A program made the position numbers and the translations under genes. Shown here in pieces: positions 61,361 through 64,000 of a stretch of 64,000 nucleotides of DNA; positions within the stretch are counted from its first letter, which is position 1; every line of letters begins with the position of its first letter. The notes under the pieces were generated by a model. The model was not told where the DNA came from. It did not search any database and saw only the letters and a program-made list of their open reading frames with translations. Location: NCBI GenBank assembly GCA_963716255.1, contig OY970303.1, positions 6,112,001 through 6,176,000 of the forward strand, written 5' to 3'. This DNA comes from an uncultured Gemmatimonadales bacterium. Its GTDB lineage: Bacteria; Gemmatimonadota; Gemmatimonadetes; Longimicrobiales; Longimicrobiaceae.

Positions 61361-64000
61361 ATGCAGCACCCCCGCCCGCCGATGCGGCTGACCGGCTCGC
61401 TGGTCGCCCAGTTCTTCCGTTTCCGCTGCGAGCGCCAGCTCCGCTACGAGCTGGTCCCCGAGGGGGAGCGGGACGGCGTGGAGATCCCCCGCGCCAACGC
61501 GGACCCGGCGGCGGGCCCCCTCGTCGGCATCCGCCCGGGCTCGGAGGTCCTGCTGCGGGCCGGGCGGCGCTGGGAGCGGCGCAAGGTGCAGGAGCTGCTG
61601 CGCCGCTTCGGCGAGGAGCGCGTCCGACTGCGCGGCTGGACCACGGCGGGCGACCCGCTGCGCATGCCCTACCCCGAAGTAGCGGCCGCGCTCCGGGATC
61701 CGGGGCCTACGGAGTGGCTGGTGCAGCCGGAGCTGCGCCTCCCCGACCCGGAGGGCTTCGCGCGCCGCTGGGGGATCGACCCCGCGCTCGTCCGCATCGC
61801 CCCCGCGCAGCCCGACCTGGTCCGCATCCGCCGCCTGCCGGGCGGCCGGCTCCGCTTCCACGTGGTGGACATCAAGGCGAGCCGCGAGGCCGCCGTGTCG
61901 CACTTCGCCCAGGTGGCCTACTACGTCCTGGTGCTGGAGGAGGTGTGCCGCGCGGAGGGGATCGCGGGCGCTCCCGACCGCCGCCGCGGCTCCGTCTGGT
62001 CGCGGGGGACGCGCGGGCCGCGCAGCTTTCCGCTGGGCGCGTACCTGTACCACGTGGAGGAGTTCCTGCGCGGCGACCTGCCCCGTGTGGCCGCACGTTC
62101 GCCCGCCGAAGCCGCCTGGCACCTCAGTCCCGACTCCGCCGGGTGCGCGTACTTCGCCCACTGCCGCGCCGAGGCCGAGCGGGTCGACGACCTGGCGCGC
62201 GTCCCCGGGATCACCCCGCTCGCCCGGACGACGCTGCGCGACCGTGGGATTCGCACCGTCCGCGAGCTGGCGAAGAGCCTCCGCCGCGACACCTACACCG
62301 GGTGCCACGCCCTGGAGTCCGACGCCGTCCGGCTCAAGCAGCGCGCCCAGGCGCTCCAGTTCGGCAAGATCTTCGACGTGGAGAAGGAGACGCACCTGAT
62401 GGGCCCGGCCGAGGGGACCCGGCTGGTGCTGGCGGCGGACGAGGACCCGGTGACGGGGACCTGCTTCGCGCTGGGGGTGCGCGTGGTGGAAGGGGGGAGG
62501 GCCGCGTCGCGCGTCTTCCTGTCGGGCGCGGGGACGCGCGCGGGCGAGCGCGCGCTGCTCCTGGAGTTCCTGGCGCACCTGGACCGGGTCGCCGCCGGGA
62601 TCGCGCCCGCGGAGCCGCGCGGCCTGAACGCGCGGGGGCGGGGATCGGCGGAGGGGACGCTGCACTTCTTCGTCTACGACCGCGCGGAGCTGGCGACGCT
62701 GCGCGGCGTGCTGGAGCGCCACCTGGGCGACCCGGAGGCGCAGCCCGCCATCGCGCGCGCGCTCGCCGTCCTCTTCCCCATGGACGAGGCGTCCGGCTCG
62801 CGCCCCCTGCGCGGCTCCCCCGGCACCGTCCTGTGCGACGCCGCGTCGGCGCTCTTCGCCCTCCCCGTCCCCTACACCTACGACCTGGGCCCCGTCTCCG
62901 CGGTGCTCCTCCCGGAGGACGGCGGGCATCCCTACGCCCCGCCCGCGGGGTACGGCCGCCCCTTTTCGGGCCAGGTGGCGTTCGAGCGCGCGCACGAGGC
63001 CTGGCGGAAGGGGCCGCCGCGCCCCGGCCGCCCCTCCGCCGACGAGGCGCGCGCCGGAATCCGCACCGCCGTGGAGTCGCGCCTTGCCGCGGTGGACTCC
63101 GTGGTGCGCGCGGTGCGGGAGCGCGCCGAGCGGCGGGGCGGGAGCCGGCTGCGGCTGGAGGCGGAGCCCTTCGCGGGCGGCGAGGGCGCACGGCCCATCG
63201 ACCACTCGCTGCTGGAGGCGCTGCGCACCTTCACCCGCGCCGAGGCCGCCGCCGAAGCGGTGCAGGTACGCGCGCTGCACGCGCAGCCCGCCGCGGACCG
63301 CGCCCGCCGCTTCGAGTGCATCCGCGGGATGGAGCTGGCGGAGCGCCGCGAGGACGGGAGCCTCGTCTTCGAGTTCGACCCGGAGTGCCGCGACGCCAAG
63401 TTCAAGCCGGGCGACTTCACCCTGGTCCTCACCAACGAGGACACCGACACGCTCCTGGAGTCCGACCGCAGGCCCTGGCTGCGCCGGCAGCTCGCCATGG
63501 AGCTGGTGGAGTACGACCTGTCCGTGGCTCCCCCGCGCGTGGTCCTCGCCCCCGGCGACCGGCGCGGCTTCGAAAAGGCGGAGGCGGCGGGGGCCATCCA
63601 CCTGGACCGGCGCTGCGTGCTGGACCGCGCGCCGAGCGACTTCAACACCCGCCGCATCCTCGCCACCCTGCGCGCCCTCGCCGCCGGGGAAGGCGAGGCC
63701 GCCGCGGTGCTCGGGCTGCTGGAGGGCCGAGCACCGGCGGGCTGGTCGCCTCCCCCCGCAGACGTGGAGGCGGTCCGGCGCGCCGTACTCGCCCCCGCGG
63801 AGGCCGCGTACGGGCGCCCCGTCCTCAACCCGGACCAGGACCTCGCCTGGGAGGCGGCGTTCGGGCGGGCCGTGTCGCTGGTGTGGGGCCCCCCGGGAAC
63901 CGGCAAGACCTACCTGCTCGCCTGGATGCTGGTGGGGCTCGCCGCGGCCGCGCGGCGGGCCGGGCGCCCCTGCCGCATCCTGGTCTCCTCGGCCACGCAC
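61361..64000 (+). CDS. RecB/Cas4-like nuclease fused to a DNA2/UPF1-type SF1 helicase, 3' end outside the window
   Basis: Read manually (absent from the ORF track): QPDLV, VDIK and QVAYY nuclease motifs, VPGI HhH-like segment, LNPDQ and WGPPGTGKT Walker A. Confidence 0.85.
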   Translation, partial: MQHPRPPMRLTGSLVAQFFRFRCERQLRYELVPEGERDGVEIPRANADPAAGPLVGIRPGSEVLLRAGRRWERRKVQELLRRFGEERVRLRGWTTAGDPLRMPYPEVAAALRDPGPTEWLVQPELRLPDPEGFARRWGIDPALVRIAPAQPDLVRIRRLPGGRLRFHVVDIKASREAAVSHFAQVAYYVLVLEEVCRAEGIAGAPDRRRGSVWSRGTRGPRSFPLGAYLYHVEEFLRGDLPRVAARSPAEAAWHLSPDSAGCAYFAHCRAEAERVDDLARVPGITPLARTTLRDRGIRTVRELAKSLRRDTYTGCHALESDAVRLKQRAQALQFGKIFDVEKETHLMGPAEGTRLVLAADEDPVTGTCFALGVRVVEGGRAASRVFLSGAGTRAGERALLLEFLAHLDRVAAGIAPAEPRGLNARGRGSAEGTLHFFVYDRAELATLRGVLERHLGDPEAQPAIARALAVLFPMDEASGSRPLRGSPGTVLCDAASALFALPVPYTYDLGPVSAVLLPEDGGHPYAPPAGYGRPFSGQVAFERAHEAWRKGPPRPGRPSADEARAGIRTAVESRLAAVDSVVRAVRERAERRGGSRLRLEAEPFAGGEGARPIDHSLLEALRTFTRAEAAAEAVQVRALHAQPAADRARRFECIRGMELAERREDGSLVFEFDPECRDAKFKPGDFTLVLTNEDTDTLLESDRRPWLRRQLAMELVEYDLSVAPPRVVLAPGDRRGFEKAEAAGAIHLDRRCVLDRAPSDFNTRRILATLRALAAGEGEAAAVLGLLEGRAPAGWSPPPADVEAVRRAVLAPAEAAYGRPVLNPDQDLAWEAAFGRAVSLVWGPPGTGKTYLLAWMLVGLAAAARRAGRPCRILVSSATH

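Noticed and set aside
61361..62200. cas4 gene of a CRISPR system
   Set aside because: The nuclease is fused to a long helicase-containing protein, with no cas1/cas2 or array in the window.
60905..64000. 1031-aa minus-strand ORF and other long antisense ORFs (e.g. 46898-50662, 51377-54649, 32963-35839)
   Set aside because: Shadow ORFs of high-GC coding sequence; only their terminal portions match real genes, and the opposite strand carries recognisable motifs.

Overview
Very GC-rich bacterial chromosome segment. Gene content and protein styles suggest Gemmatimonadota (Longimicrobium-like); this is an inference, not a database result. From left to right: (1) a minus-strand catabolic operon (xanthine-dehydrogenase-family Mo-hydroxylase S/L/G/M subunits, NCS1 permease, arylsulfotransferase-like lipoprotein, cyclase) and a secreted amidohydrolase; (2) a methyltransferase, B12-binding mutase subunit, carboxyltransferase, Uma2 nuclease, AtuA-family gene and rnz; (3) CIRCE-groES-groEL; (4) a hypothetical gene plus prenyl synthase; (5) a core block thrS-infC-rpmI-rplT-pheS-pheT-zapB-like-zapA-rny-ymdB-folD-xseA-xseB-ispA-DUF212-dxs-nadK; (6) an accessory zone with a frameshifted outer-membrane-like gene, an IS5 remnant, an AT-richer frameshifted RelA/SpoT-domain gene and many small genes; (7) a stressosome operon rsbRSTX with two histidine kinases, where rsbR is broken by a 35-bp tandem duplication; (8) a feoAAB operon with a Fur-like box; (9) a large RecB-like nuclease/SF1 helicase gene that runs off the window. 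The most notable non-annotated signals are: two families of 130-165 nt intergenic structured elements (7 copies) with extensive compensatory base changes, built from one shared hairpin module (GAG-C-stem-AWACNGC loop-stem-T-CTC); a Thr-codon leader-peptide attenuator upstream of thrS; and a synonymously recoded duplicate gene end beside the Uma2 nuclease. No rRNA, tRNA or CRISPR array was seen.
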